From Octopus vulgaris (taxonomy: Eukaryota), in NCBI GenBank assembly GCA_951406725.2, contig OX597824.1:18228001-18292000 (forward strand): 64,000 bases of DNA, written 5' to 3'. The notes under the pieces are model-generated. The model saw only the letters and a program-made list of their open reading frames with translations, did not search any database and was not told the DNA's origin. Positions within the stretch are counted from its first letter, which is position 1. Each line of letters begins with the position of its first letter. A program made the translations under genes and the position numbers. Shown here piece after piece: positions 1-14,251 of this stretch.

Positions 1-253
1 ATAATCGACTTAATACTTTCGTCTGTCCTTGTTTGTCCCCTCTGTGTGTAGCCCCTTGTGGGTAATAAAGAAATAGGCATTCCGTCTGTCTTTATGTTCT
101 GAGTTCAAATTCTGCTGAGGTCGACTTTGCCTTTCATCCTTTCTGGGTCTATTAAATAAGTACCAGTTACGCACTGGGGTCGACTTAATACGTTTGTCTG
201 CCCTTGTTTGTCCTCTCTGTGTGTAGCCCCTTGTGGGCAGCAAAGAAATAAGA
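1..253 (+). mobile_element. SINE group A head-less tandem array (runs off window start)
   Basis: Tail ..AAAGAAATA joined to GGCATTCCGTCTG at ~75; B-box GAGTTCAAATTC; same body as 22121-22904. Confidence 0.85.
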
Positions 254-819
254 ATATGATCTATAGACAGGATTCGTATAAAAGAATCTATCTGGTCTTT
301 AATAAAGAAAGGTGTTTCGCAGAGAGTGCGTAATAAGCCCCCCACAACAGTTAGTAACACTAAATATGACTTTCAGGTAAACGTGGATACTTTTCAGGGA
401 TGCTAGTTCGGAGGGCTAGCACTTAATGTCACCTTTACACAAAAGTATAGATATGTGAAAATGTACCGTAACAATTGAAACTGGGATTGAGACTGCATGG
501 AGATTCTGATAATCCTGAGTACCACAATCACTAGGCAATCGTTAAGCTGCACACAATTCAGGGACCAGGGAAGAGGTCAATGAATCATAATTTGGTGCAA
601 GATGAAATGTGCAGCAGCTATATCTGTATATGTTACTTTGGGGTTTTATGCTCAGAAGCGGAATTGAAAGAAAAAACCAGGAAGGGAAAAATCCAGAGCA
701 GAAGAGAGCATCTTAAGCAATACCAGCAACAATATTCTACCACTGACCATAGTTGCTGCTACCGCTGTTTCCTGGGTATTGTATCTTACACTGCCAAGCT
801 TTGCTACAGCTGAAGCAGT

Positions 820-1200
820 GGAGGCGCAATAGCCCAGTGATTAGGGCAGCGGACTCGCGGTCGGAGGAGGATCGCGGTTTCTATTCCCAGACCGGGCGTT
901 GTGTGTGTTTATTGAGCGAAAACACCTAAAGCTCCATGAGGCTCCGGCAGGGGGTGGGGGGGTGACCCCTGTTGTACTCTTTCGCTCCAACTTTCTCTCA
1001 CCTTTTCTTCCTGTTTCTTGTCCCCGACTTACTACGCAACCGGTGAGCCTGGATGCGCATTCATCCATCCGTCGATGCTCTCGGTGTCGGGGGTTGACCT
1101 GCTATCTCTTCTGCGGGTCTTACGAATAGCGAAGGACCACGTTTCGGACTTCTCCCAAGAGGACGAAGACCGCTTCGCTCAACAAACAAACAAACAAACA
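820..1200 (+). mobile_element. SINE group C (tRNA head, CORE-like domain), tail type 1 ending in (CAAA)n
   Basis: A-box-like TAGCCCAGTGATTAG, B-box-like GGTTTCTATTCC; closely similar copy at 25509-25880 on the minus strand. Confidence 0.85.
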
Positions 1201-2375
1201 GTGCAACACTATCGAATAGCAATGTTAGAAAAGAGAAACTTGAGAAGACTGCGGATATTTCGAGACATTTAGAAATAGGAGCGTCGAACAAGTGTAAACT
1301 CAGTCAAAAATTAAGAGGACACAAACGCTTCAACAAGTCCCAAAATCTACACTGTGTCAGCATTTACGATAACTCAGAAGAGCTCAAGATGACTCTGATT
1401 TATTGGTGACCCTAAAAGAACATCAGTCGTATTCTGTACTGTTTGAAGTTGAGATAGGGCCATGCGACCCAAGATGATAGATGGACGTTAAAATAAACTC
1501 TTCAAAGTGTACAAAATTCCTTCTGGAAGTCCATCTCCCTTTCTGGCATTCTGAGTTGAACTTACATCGAGGGTAACATTGTATTCATCTTTATTGAGGT
1601 CGATAAAATTTTGCCAAAGTTACAAACACAGAAATTAGTTTGGCAGAACCGCTGAGGTATTTGCTCTAGAGATTTACATTTTCTGTTCAAAAGTCACCCA
1701 AGTCATGTTTAAATCTTATTCATTCATGGTCGATAAAATCAAAAATTATGTACCAGTGTTCTACTGGAATCTACTACATTATCTTGTCTACTTGATGATA
1801 TATACAATATATGTTTTTTGCATCTGATTTAAGACAGTGTATATGCCCACCCTATGTATTGTTGTATACGACATATTTGTCTCTTGTATTTCGTTATATA
1901 TGCAATATAGTTGCCTGTTGTAATTGATGTTAGATGTAATATGTGTGACTTCTGAATTTTTCAATTTGCGATAAGCAGAAAGACTAGCTTATATATCGGA
2001 GAGCTGCGTAAGAAGAAATATATGACCGAAGGGTAGATGGAAGAGAAAATTCAAATCTAGAATGCGATAAAACAATCGCAAAATTTGAGAAGGATGCAAT
2101 AATGCACGCATATATATGCACAAGCAGAGAGGGAGAGAATGATAGAGAGAGAGAAAGAGAAAGAGAGAAAGAGAGAAAGAGAGAAAGAGAGAAATAGGGA
2201 GGGATGGAACAGGCAGGCAGGTAGACAGGCAAACAGACAGACAGACAGAGCACTCACAAAAACCATATAAAATCACCGCTATACACATACGCACATTAGC
2301 ATATACGTTTATATGAATATAAATTTATGAATGTATTGGAATTTAAATATATATTAATATATATGTATATATATG

Positions 2376-2406
<31 letters not shown>

Positions 2407-2498
2407 ATAATATATATATTATATGCATATTCATATATGTATATATATATTATATGTGTATATATATATATATATATATTCACACACATACACAGACA

Positions 2499-2552
<54 letters not shown>

Positions 2553-2747
2553 CATATATATACGGGTATTCTCTGTGTGTGTTCGCATGTGTATATGCTT
2601 ACCTACGTATTACATCAGTATACATGCACTCGAATGCAGAAGCACGAATTTATCAATTCATATAAACATATACATTCATGCATATGTATATATATATATA
2701 TATATATACATATATGTACACGCATCTATAAGCGTGTACAAACTACG

Positions 2748-2781
<34 letters not shown>

Positions 2782-3400
2782 CAAATACACATGCACATAC
2801 GCGCACATGCACATTGGTGCACATGCATATATCAATACACATGGTTCTACACAAACTCAATCACACATAAATACGATATGCAGGAGCATCCATGGTGAGC
2901 AAACATGCACATGAAGTTAAATTCGCTATCAGTGATATTTCTTTGCTGCCGGCGTGACAAATGATATGTGTATAATTATATTTCAAGGAATATTTTTATG
3001 TCTTATCTGAAGGTAACTTTAATTGAGATTTCTTTCATAAATTCCGAGAATGCAATTTCGGTAATGATCGCGGGAATTTGGTTTTACGTCATCGTAGGTC
3101 ACCTGATTGAATATATGTATTCTGACACTAAACCAATATCTGAAAATCAAATAATTACATGTGTGTGTGCATGTGTGTGCATGAGTGTGCGTGTTTGTGT
3201 ATGTGTGTGTGTGTGTGTGTGGTGTGAGAGTGCATGTTTGTATGTGTCTGACAGTCTGTGTGCAGGGGAATTGAACGTATATTCATATATGGATATATAT
3301 GAATATATATATTTATATACATATATAGATAGGTATGTATATATATATATAACGGGAAGCTTTATGAAAATAAACAAAAGACGAAGGCAGGTGGAATACA

Positions 3401-3453
<53 letters not shown>

Positions 3454-3489
3454 ATACATATACATACATATGCAAATATATATATATGA

Positions 3490-3528
<39 letters not shown>

Positions 3529-3534
3529 TACATG

Positions 3535-3567
<33 letters not shown>

Positions 3568-3585
3568 ATATATACATATGCATAC

Positions 3586-3648
<63 letters not shown>

Positions 3649-4114
3649 AATATATGGATGCATATATGTACATATATACTCGTATATGTGTATATATACT
3701 GTGTGCGAATCTGTGTGTCAGTTCCATGTGTGTGTGAGTGTGTATGTATGTATGTGTGTATGTGAGTTTGTATGTGTGTGTGTGTGTGTGTACGTGCGTT
3801 TGAGCTTCTATTTGACAATATCGTATTCTGCATGCGCCATATTTACTCCGTGCGTGTGTATATTTATGCAAACCATTAAAACATGTGTGTGCTTTCTTTA
3901 CAAATCTGTCTATTCAATTACCTGCCTTTATAAGTCTCTGTTTGTGTGTGTGTGTGTGTTTTTCAATAAATATGTGGCCGAGAATGAAAATGAAAGTAGA
4001 TGTTTTCCAACAGACGTATTTAAATATCTCAGTTCTCTCCCCATTACTGTAAATAACTCTTCAACTTTTCGTCCTGTTCTCTATCTTTTCCTAAATGCCT
4101 CACACTTACACACA

Positions 4115-4166
<52 letters not shown>

Positions 4167-4599
4167 ATCTATCTCTCTTAAACACTCACAAACTTATTAA
4201 CCGTCGAAGTCTTACCACTCTTATATATTGACTATATTTCCATCTTTCTCATTTACTAGTTTATCTCCCTCATAGTGATTCACATTTTTAAGCCACCCTG
4301 GATCAACGTGAGTCAACCATGACTCTCTATCTTTCTCTTTTTCTCTCTCTCTCCGTCTCTGTTTTCCCCTCTCTTTAACTATCTATTTATCTACCTATCT
4401 AGATATCTTCACTACTTTCATTATATCTATCTCTAATTTCTTTAATATCCATCCAAAAACCAGAGTCACTTTCTGATTCTCATGCACATATACAAATATG
4501 TAAAGATGTTTGTGCGTATGTATGCAAGCCTATGTGTTTATATATATGCGCGCATATCAGTTTGTGTGTCTGTCATTTAACATGGAGGCATGTATGTAC

Positions 4600-4652
<53 letters not shown>

Positions 4653-4683
4653 CATATACATACATATATATATACAAATATAC

Positions 4684-4752
<69 letters not shown>

Positions 4753-5309
4753 CGTATACATATAGATATATATATATATATTTAAACACACGTGCATGTT
4801 TATTCTTACATACATATGTATATAATATATATCTATATACATATTTACTTCACATACATAGACACATTTTTCTATAACCGTATATCAATATATATATGTA
4901 TATCTGTGTATGTATATGTATGTGTGTGTGCGTGTGCATACGCAATCATAAAATGGGAAATATATATATGTAAAAATAATTGCATAAAGACACACAGCCA
5001 TATATATTCAGATTTTGTATGTCCTTGTATTTTTCTCAGAGTTTGGCGTATAAGTAAATGCATGTGTGTGCATATGCAAGTGTGTGTGCGCCTGCATGTG
5101 TGCAAGTAAGCGTGTGCATTTGTGTGTGTCTGTGTGTGTGTGTGTGTGTGTGTCTGTGTGTGTGTGTGTGACACGTTTACCAATCATTTCTCTTTTATTC
5201 ATTTTGAAAATAGCATGACGCATCGCTTCCAGAAGATGTTTCTCAGGAGTTACTCTTTATACCCAATCATATAATTTCTGCGGCTTATTTTTCTGCTGAT
5301 AAAAATATA

Positions 5310-5523
5310 TAACAGGAACAACAACAACAACAACAACAACAACGACGACGATAATAACGATAATAATGATGATAATAATAGAAATAATAATAATGATGAT
5401 AGTAATGACAATAATAATAAATAATAAATAATAATAATAATAATCATAATAATAATAATAATAATGATGATGATGATGATGATAATAATAATGATGATAA
5501 TAAAAATAATAATAATAATGATG

Positions 5524-5575
<52 letters not shown>

Positions 5576-5664
5576 TAATAATAATGATAATACTAGTAAT
5601 AGTAATAATAATAATAATGATAATAATAGTAATAATAATAATAATAATAATGATAATAATAATG

Positions 5665-5701
<37 letters not shown>

Positions 5702-5784
5702 TAATAATAATGATAATAATAATGATAATAATAATGATGATGATGATGATGATGATGATAATAATAAAAATAATGATAATAATA

Positions 5785-5847
<63 letters not shown>

Positions 5848-5865
5848 GTAGTAATAATTATTATG

Positions 5866-5902
<37 letters not shown>

Positions 5903-5925
5903 CCCCAGCAACAACAACAACAATA
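5310..5925. repeat. Compound trinucleotide microsatellite (CAA/GAC/TAA/TGA)n, ~600 bp
   Basis: Directly visible; source of the poly-I/poly-M ORFs. Confidence 0.95.
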
Positions 5926-6468
5926 GCAAAATAGCTATCACCAATCAAAGAAAGAGATACGTATACACAAATAAACATGTATAAAATAGCAAATTTCACA
6001 TACAGCATTCCTTAGAAATATTTTCACTTGGCAAAACAGGATTCAATGCAAACTAAATACAAATGCGTTTCACTTACAAATTATAAACGAATGCAAGAAA
6101 GCTGTCTATTTGATCAAGCTCGCATGGTGTTTTACTGTCTCCCCAAAATACATTTATCTACCTTTTATTGTATTCCTCTTGGCATTTACATTAAACTTTT
6201 GCATAAAAGAATCCTTCAGAGGAGAGAGAGACAGAGAGAGAGAGTATTATATGAAGAGAGAAAGTGAGAGAGAGAGAGAGAGTAAGGGAAAGTGAGGGGA
6301 AAGGGTGAGCGGGAGGGTGGAGGTGGCAGATAACAACAGAATTACAAGAGGCAAATATACACCTGGAATATTTGCGTGTATGTAATTCATATAATATGCA
6401 TATATGAGTGTATCTATATGTATAGGCATATATATATATATATGTCAGTGTGTATGTGCGTGTCTGTG

Positions 6469-6509
<41 letters not shown>

Positions 6510-6810
6510 CCACACACATAATCATATATATATAATATATATATATATACAAGTACAAAAACACACGCACGCATACACGCTTGAGTGTGCGTATGTGTGT
6601 GTATATATACATATACAAATATATATATACATATACATACATACATAGACATTCATATGTACACATATATATACATTTATATATACATGTGTATATGTAA
6701 ATATACATGCATATATACATATATATAAATATATAAATATTTATATACCTATATATAAATATATATATTTATATACATGTATATATATATATGTATATAT
6801 ATACATATAT

Positions 6811-6885
<75 letters not shown>

Positions 6886-7377
6886 TTTATATAGATATGC
6901 ATATATACAACACAAAATACATACACACGAATATGAGCGTCCATATAGATATTTGAATATATATATATATACGTACGCGTCCGTTGAATGTTACCTGCTT
7001 ATTCAGTGTTATTTTAATTCTATTCCATAGACTTCGTGAACATTGTCTGAACATATACGATCATTATTTGCTCATTATGCAGCCAGATGTTTGAAACCTC
7101 AGGCGTATGTTTCAAGATCCGGCTATTATATACATAAACATATATCAAAACGAAATTTTATTCACTTGTAATACAAATATACTACGCCTATGATTTGTAA
7201 ACTAGTAACTTACTATGCTTGCAAGTGAAGATGAATGGTTCTTCTTTTCATTCAATATACATATATGAAAGAACATATCTGTATGACTTAGTAATTTCAC
7301 ATAAATATAACAAGTATATACATATGTTTCACCCTATATGCATGTATATATATATATATGTGTGTGTATTTTCATTC

Positions 7378-7441
<64 letters not shown>

Positions 7442-7482
7442 CACACACACACACATATATATATATACATACATATATATAC

Positions 7483-7537
<55 letters not shown>

Positions 7538-7720
7538 CACATACCAAATATATACGTTTTGTTTATTATTTTGCACATTACTTAATCATTGGTATATGTT
7601 TTTTTCTTATTTTTAATTTTTTCTATGGGATGTAATTTTTTCTATATGGTATAATTATATTTTTTTCATTGTTGAATTCATAAAAGGTGATTTTTTTTCT
7701 CTAATCTCTCTCTATCTCTC

Positions 7721-7793
<73 letters not shown>

Positions 7794-7797
<4 letters not shown>

Positions 7798-7910
7798 CAT
7801 TTTCCCGATAGCCGGATAACTGAAGAGTTGGCGGCGTTGGTTTTACCTCGGCATCCGAAACTCGTAGTTTTATCATGGCTACCGAACAGTTGTCACATAT
7901 GACATTTACA
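7794..7910 (+). mobile_element. Penelope-like terminal fragment with type I hammerhead motif (7811-7879)
   Basis: GCCGGATAA-CTGAAGA-stem II-CGAAAC-TCGTA-GTT-TTATCATGGC; homologous to both arms of the 43524-44131 palindrome; abuts (TA)n. Confidence 0.65.
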
Positions 7911-7912
7911 TA

Positions 7913-7943
<31 letters not shown>

Positions 7944-8235
7944 TTGTGTGTGTGTGCGTATTTGTGTGTGTGTATGTGTGTTTGTGTGTGTGTATGTGTG
8001 TGTGTGTGTCTGTGTGAGTGCGTGCGTGCGTGCTTGGGTCAGTCAACATTTTCAATGGTTTAGTAAAAGAAATCAATCATGCATTTAATGCTTGATATGT
8101 AGCATTTAGTTCTATCGGTCGATAGATGAGGTAAACAAACTAACACCGGCTGTGAAGCGATTTGGCTCGCACTAACACACTCATCCACACACATACTCAC
8201 AGACACACCCACCCACATATATGTATATATTATAT

Positions 8236-8725
8236 AGGCGCAGGCATGGCTTTGTAGGCGCAGGCATGGCTGTGTAGGCCCAGGCATGGCTGTGTAGGCG
8301 CAGGCGTGGCTGCATAGGTGCAGGCTTAGCTTCCTAACCACATGGTTCCTGGTACAGTCCCACCGTTTGGCACTTTGGGCAAATGTCTTCCGCTATAGCC
8401 TCAGGCCAACGAAAGCCTTGTGAATGAATTAGGTAGACGGAAACTAGATGAAGCCCGTCGTTTATATATATATGTACATATCTATGTGTGTATGTGTGTC
8501 TTTGCGTCTGTGTTTGTCCCCCTAGCACTGCTTGACAACCGGTGTTGGTGTGTTTATCTGCCCGTGTGCGTCTGTATATACGACGGGATTCTTTCAGTTT
8601 CCGTCAACCAAATCTATTCGCAAGCCTTTGGTCGGCCCGAGGCTATAGTAGTAAAAGACACTTGCCCAATGTGGCCCGGAAGCATGTGGTTGGGTATCAA
8701 GCTTCTTACCATACACCCACTCCGT
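8236..8725. mobile_element. Two partial SINE group B copies fused in inverted orientation; 20-bp head unit tandemly repeated at 8236-8325
   Basis: Plus-strand copy ~8236-8560, minus-strand copy ~8575-8725; AGGCGCAGGCATGGCTGTGT about 4.5 times. Confidence 0.8.
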
Positions 8726-8854
8726 CTACGAAATTCACTTATTGATGAATCCGAAGTTTGATTAGATGGCACTTGTTCAATGCACCGTGAAACTATTTGG
8801 TTGCAATTCGAATTTACCGGTAAACTCCCAGGTGTATTCCCCACGATTTATTAA

Positions 8855-8893
<39 letters not shown>

Positions 8894-9134
8894 CAACCAC
8901 GGTAGTGGTTGAATAAATTAAGTCCACCATTTCATCAATCGCAGTAGCTTCACCACTAATTCAGTTCTCAAATAAATTGCAAACTGTTAATAATTGTAAA
9001 AATGATAACTCCTGAGCTACACTTTAGCATAAATAGTTTGAGATTTGGTTAAGTTACATCAAAATAGCTGCGACCTCAATGGAGGGGGGCAGTAAGGTAT
9101 ATATTCATCTTCAGTTATCATAAATTTTTAAATT

Positions 9135-9476
9135 TTAAATTAAAAATATACTTTTCTTAGGCTTAAATGATAGGAAAATGCATGAGGAATTCAGGATCGC
9201 TAGTCGCATTGGACAAAAATTAGTAGAAAAAGAGTAACGAGGTAAAATGTTACGACATTTTATGTCAGTAATTAAGGACTCAGTGGATGTTATTTTTTTT
9301 TCGTTGAATGAATACCTGTGATCTCCTAATATTGCAAAATTAGGTGAGCCTGGTAACTGATCGTTTTGGGGTCCTGTTGTTCGTAACTTTTGGTGAGCCA
9401 TGGTGCAACCAAGAACATGGTAAAAATACCTGCCATTAATTTTGTGTGGATGGGTAATATCAAATAATTCAGTCAC
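9135..9476 (-). pseudogene. Possible decayed Tc1/mariner transposase C-terminal remnant
   Basis: Weak resemblance in order and spacing: LPGSPNF ~ WPPxSPDL, TESLITDI ~ xSLKxAI, PMRLAI ~ xRLxAVI. Confidence 0.3.
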
Positions 9477-9776
9477 AACATATATTTAAATTAAACATGA
9501 AAAAAGTTGAGATATTATCACAACGTACATGGAAAAATTGAAATATTATCTTTCAGTATTTTATAAGGTAAATTCTTAAATTATTAATTGACACATTATT
9601 AATTATCTTATAAGAGCAATGCCTGGAAAAATCACGGATTACATGGAAAAATGCGAGCATGAAAAGTAACATTCTTAAGATTATAAACCTGGAAAAGTAC
9701 AGGACAAGTTATTTCACCTCTAAAAGTATAGGAGAAGCTATTACTTCTAGTAAAGTAAAGAATAAGAAACGTTTTG

Positions 9777-10137
<361 letters not shown>

Positions 10138-10223
10138 ATATAATATATTATATATATATTATTAATAGGAAATATAAAATTCCAAGGAAACAGGGGAAAC
10201 AAACTCAATGTTAGTAATACTAA

Positions 10224-10281
<58 letters not shown>

Positions 10282-11635
10282 GGCTAGTATCTTGAATATG
10301 CTTCTCCAGCCAGATTCTTATGATTACCAATAACTTATGTTTAAAAATTTAAATGTGGAGAGGATGCGTTATTTAATATTGAGTATGTCCAGATTCTTGA
10401 CTGAAGAGCCACACGCCCTCGCTGGTTATGGAAACCCGTTTTTGCCTCTGTACAGTTTTTCTTTCGCCTGTGCTTAAGTTTGAAGTGATACCCTCTTCTT
10501 GTAGTCCGACCCCACTTCTTAGTTTTCATATATGTATGTTTGCATGTTAGTGGTTTTATATCACTTCATTATTTTTTTTCCTTTTGTTACATATTAACTT
10601 CACAATTCTTCTGAATTGCTGAATTGACTCCATATTTTACCATTCTATTGTCATGGAATATTCTAAATTCGTCATCATACAGCTATGTAAAAATATTATT
10701 TTAGTAAGCATTTTTATCATGCCAATTTATATAGCTGAAATTTTTGTCATTAGTTTTGGGGTTACAATCTTTCCAGGCTTTGCTTGGTCATCCTTTTGTC
10801 CGCATTTTTTTTTTCGTAATTTCTTTTTTACTTTTTATTTTTTATTTATTCATTTATTTATTTATTTTCCTGAGTAATCCCTGCAGCAATGGAGTATGGT
10901 CATTGAAAGTTAATTCAACAATCATTAATCGATAGCCATATTTTAGCCATAACCTGACCAGCAAATGAAATGATCAGCCAGGGAATAAATAAGCAGGAAG
11001 AACATTCCAAACCGAAGGATCATTCTTGCAATGAATAGATATAATTACATTGTGTGATTGGTGCTTAGTTCAAGCATGTCAGTGAGTTCAGTTACGCTCC
11101 ACTAAACCTAGCTAGGTTGCTACAGTAATTAAGCAAGTGTTTATTAGGCGACCTAATGAAAATAGTAAAAATGGTAAAGGAACTATTGGTACATATGGTT
11201 TATTTAAATACATATTTGCTGTTATTATTTGCAAAATTAATCTAAATCTGAATTAAGGTCATCACCTCAGATTACTTCAATTATGAGTCAACGGAGAAGC
11301 TTCTTCTTAGCAGTCTGTCCAGTTGCTCGTTTGCAGGGTCGAATCTCGTTCAAATTTCACATTTCGGTTTCAAGTGGTGTCCAAGTGATTGGCAACTAAC
11401 TTAATAATCCCTGCCAGTTCATATTCATATTTATAGGTACCATTTATATTTCTTTGCTACCATATGGAGATTTCGGTATCCAATTTTGTTATCAGTCGAT
11501 AGTTTTGAGGGATAAAGTTGTTCAAAAGTCAATCTTTATGTGAAAACCATCTGCAAATAACTTTCGTCTTGGACCTTGGGTGATTTTGTACAATTCCGGC
11601 TCTCCTTAAATCTCTTTCCTTCTTATTTCTTTTTA

Positions 11636-12233
11636 TATCTTTACTACCCACAAGGAGCTAAACGCAGAGAGGACAAACAAGGACAGACAAACGGATTAAG
11701 TCGATTATATCAACCCGGGTGCGTAACTGGTACTTATTTAATTGACCCCGAAAGAATGAAAGGCAAAGTCGACCTTGGTGGAATTTGAACTCAGAACGTA
11801 GCGGCAGACGAAATACCTGTTTCTTTATTACCCACAAGGGGCTAAACACAGAGAGGACAATCAAGGACAGACAAACGGATTAAGTCGATTATATCAACCC
11901 CAGTTCGTAACTGGTACTTATTTAATCGACCTCGAAAGAAAGAAAGGCAAAGTCGACACAGGTGGTTTTTTGAACTCAGAACGTAGCGGCAGACGAAATA
12001 CCTGTTTCTTTATTACCCACAAGGGGCTAAGCATACAGGGGACAAACAAGGGCAGTCAAATGGATGAAGTCGATTACATCGACTCCAGTACGTAACTGGT
12101 ACTTAAATTATCAACCCCGAAACGATGAAAGGCAAAGTCGACCTCGGCGGAATTTGAACTCAGAACGTAACGGCAAACGAAATACCGATAAGCATTTCGC
12201 CCGACATGCTAACGTTTCTGCCAGCTCGCCGCC
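11636..12233 (-). mobile_element. SINE group A trimer (one head + 3 body/tail units)
   Basis: Two junctions read GAAATACC-TGTTTCTTT on the plus strand; head ends ..CTGCCAGCTCGCCGCC. Confidence 0.9.
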
Positions 12234-12243
12234 TTCCCTTCTG

Positions 12244-12310
<67 letters not shown>

Positions 12311-12705
12311 TTTCTTTTCTAACGTAGTCCGTTATCTTCTCTCCCTTTGCCGTTGAACTCTGCTGTCCGCTATTGTCTCCCTACCCGAGACAAAGTATAA
12401 TGATAATTGAAATCCCAGAGATCATTCTTCCACAAAAAAAAAAACGGACGACTGGACTGATCTTGATTGGTGACATCACTTCGAGTAGCTCAAATTATAT
12501 CAGTTGTATAATGTGGAAAGTATTCCGTCAACAATGCCTATTTTACATTGCAACCAGCTTTGACATTCACCCGAGGCTTAACCCCTGTGCTATCTGTCCT
12601 CCACTAAAAACATGATCGCATCACACCACAACATAATGACACATCTATTTCACCTGAGCTAGCCCTACTAAGCAAATAAAAAGACACAATAACATTCAAA
12701 CAGAT

Positions 12706-12915
12706 CTCTTTACTCTTTTATTCTTTTACTTGTTTCAGTCATTTGACTGCGGCCATGCTGGAGCACCGCCTTCAATCGAGCAACTCGACCCCGGGACTTA
12801 TTCTTTTGTAAGAATATTCTATCGGTCTCTTTTGCCGAACCGCTAAGTAACGGGGACATAAACACACCAGCATCGGTTGTCAAGCAATGCTAGGGGGACA
12901 AACACAGACACACAA

Positions 12916-12952
<37 letters not shown>

Positions 12953-13124
12953 CATATATACGACGGGCTTCTTTCAGTTTCCGTCTACCAAATCCACTCA
13001 CAAGGGTTTGGTCGGCCCGACGCTATAGTAGAAGACACCTGCCCAAGGTGCCACGCAGTGGGACTGAACCCGGAACCATGTGGTTGGTAAACAAGCTACT
13101 TACCACACAGCCACTCCTGCGCCT
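12706..13124 (-). mobile_element. SINE group B full length (tRNA-like head, CORE-like domain, internal (TA)(TG) microsatellite, GTAAAAGA tail)
   Basis: About 12 homologous copies in the window. Confidence 0.9.
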
Positions 13125-13189
13125 AAAGAAATACTGAACAAATACTTCCAACAAATTCCCGATACTTCACCAACATTAAGATAGATATA

Positions 13190-13422
13190 TGTTTTTTTAT
13201 TACCCACAAGGGGCTACACACAGAGGGGACAAACAAGAACATACAAACGAATTAAGTCGATTACATCGACCCCAGTGCGTAACTGTTACTTAATTCATCG
13301 ACCCCGAAAGGATGAAAGGCAAAGTCGACCCAGGCGGAATTTGAACTCAGAACGTAGCGGCAGACGAAATACGGCTACGCATTTCGCCCAGCGTGCTAAT
13401 GTTTCTGCCAGCTCGCCGCCTT
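13190..13422 (-). mobile_element. SINE group A monomer with imperfect target-site duplication
   Basis: Flanks ACATTAAGATAGATATA (~13173) and ACATTAAAATAAATATA (~13423). Confidence 0.9.
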
Positions 13423-13567
13423 ACATTAAAATAAATATAACTCTTTAGTCAAATAGGCTGTGACTGTAATATGAAACATCATTAAGAGTCTTTGCCGGAT
13501 GATGGTATTATGTTAGACATGGCCTGGACGAATCCGGCAAAACCTAAGAATCAAAATATCAAACCAT

Positions 13568-13745
13568 CATACAATATTTACAGATAGGTGTCCTCAACCT
13601 TGCTTGTTGTTCGCACAACTTTTCGGCTGATGTACTCTCCAGTCTTCATCAGGTGTCTTGGTAGAGATTCGAAACCAACCCTTTATTTGACTAATGGGGT
13701 ACACTATTCAGATTCCTAAGGGATTTTTTGCTGATATTATTATCA

Positions 13746-13816
<71 letters not shown>

Positions 13817-13952
13817 TATTCAAGTCACTGACTGGGACTGAACCCGGAATCGTGAGGTTAGTAGCGTATTGGTTAAGAGCGCGGTCTACTAACCCCAAAA
13901 TTCCGAATTCACTCCCAGTCAGTGACTTGAATAAATAATAATAATAATAATA

Positions 13953-14007
<55 letters not shown>

Positions 14008-14120
14008 TAATAATAACATCAGCAAAAAATACCTTGCGAATGTGAACAGAGTACCCCCAGTAGTCAATGGGTTGGGTTCGAAATTCCACCATGACACCTA
14101 TCAGTCCACTGTAAATATTT
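13568..14120. mobile_element. Head-to-head inverted pair of a tRNA-headed, (TAA)n-containing element with hammerhead motif
   Basis: Arms ~13651-13864 and 13886-14099 are reverse complements; hammerhead on the minus strand at 13613-13656. Confidence 0.75.
13613..13656 (-). ncRNA. Minimal type I hammerhead ribozyme motif
   Basis: ACAC-CTGATGA-AGACTG..CAGCC-GAAA-AG-TT-GTGC: both core boxes intact, stem I CAC/GTG, stem II G(A)CTG/CAGCC. Confidence 0.65.
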
Positions 14121-14198
14121 TCCATAATTCCTCATCTTTGAAATATAGAACAATACCAATCTATCATATATTTGTTTCTATGTTCCAATATATTGCTG

Positions 14199-14251
14199 TG
14201 TCTAATCAGTAGAATTGGAATAGCACCGTTTCCAATTCTACTGATTAGACA
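14199..14251. other. Perfect 22-bp hairpin with 9-nt loop
   Basis: TGTCTAATCAGTAGAATTGGAA-tagcaccgt-TTCCAATTCTACTGATTAGACA. Confidence 0.9.

Noticed and set aside
820-895. tRNA genes
   Set aside because: All tRNA-like sequences are SINE heads continuing into repeat bodies, without a clean cloverleaf or terminator.
10395-10445. CTGAAGA..GAAAC motif (similar partial CTGACGA at ~39588)
   Set aside because: Stems I and III do not form or the GAAA box is missing; too degenerate to call.
12877-13137. Recurring peptide RRASFSFRLPNPLTR.. in several ORFs
   Set aside because: Antisense translation of SINE group B copies, not a gene family.
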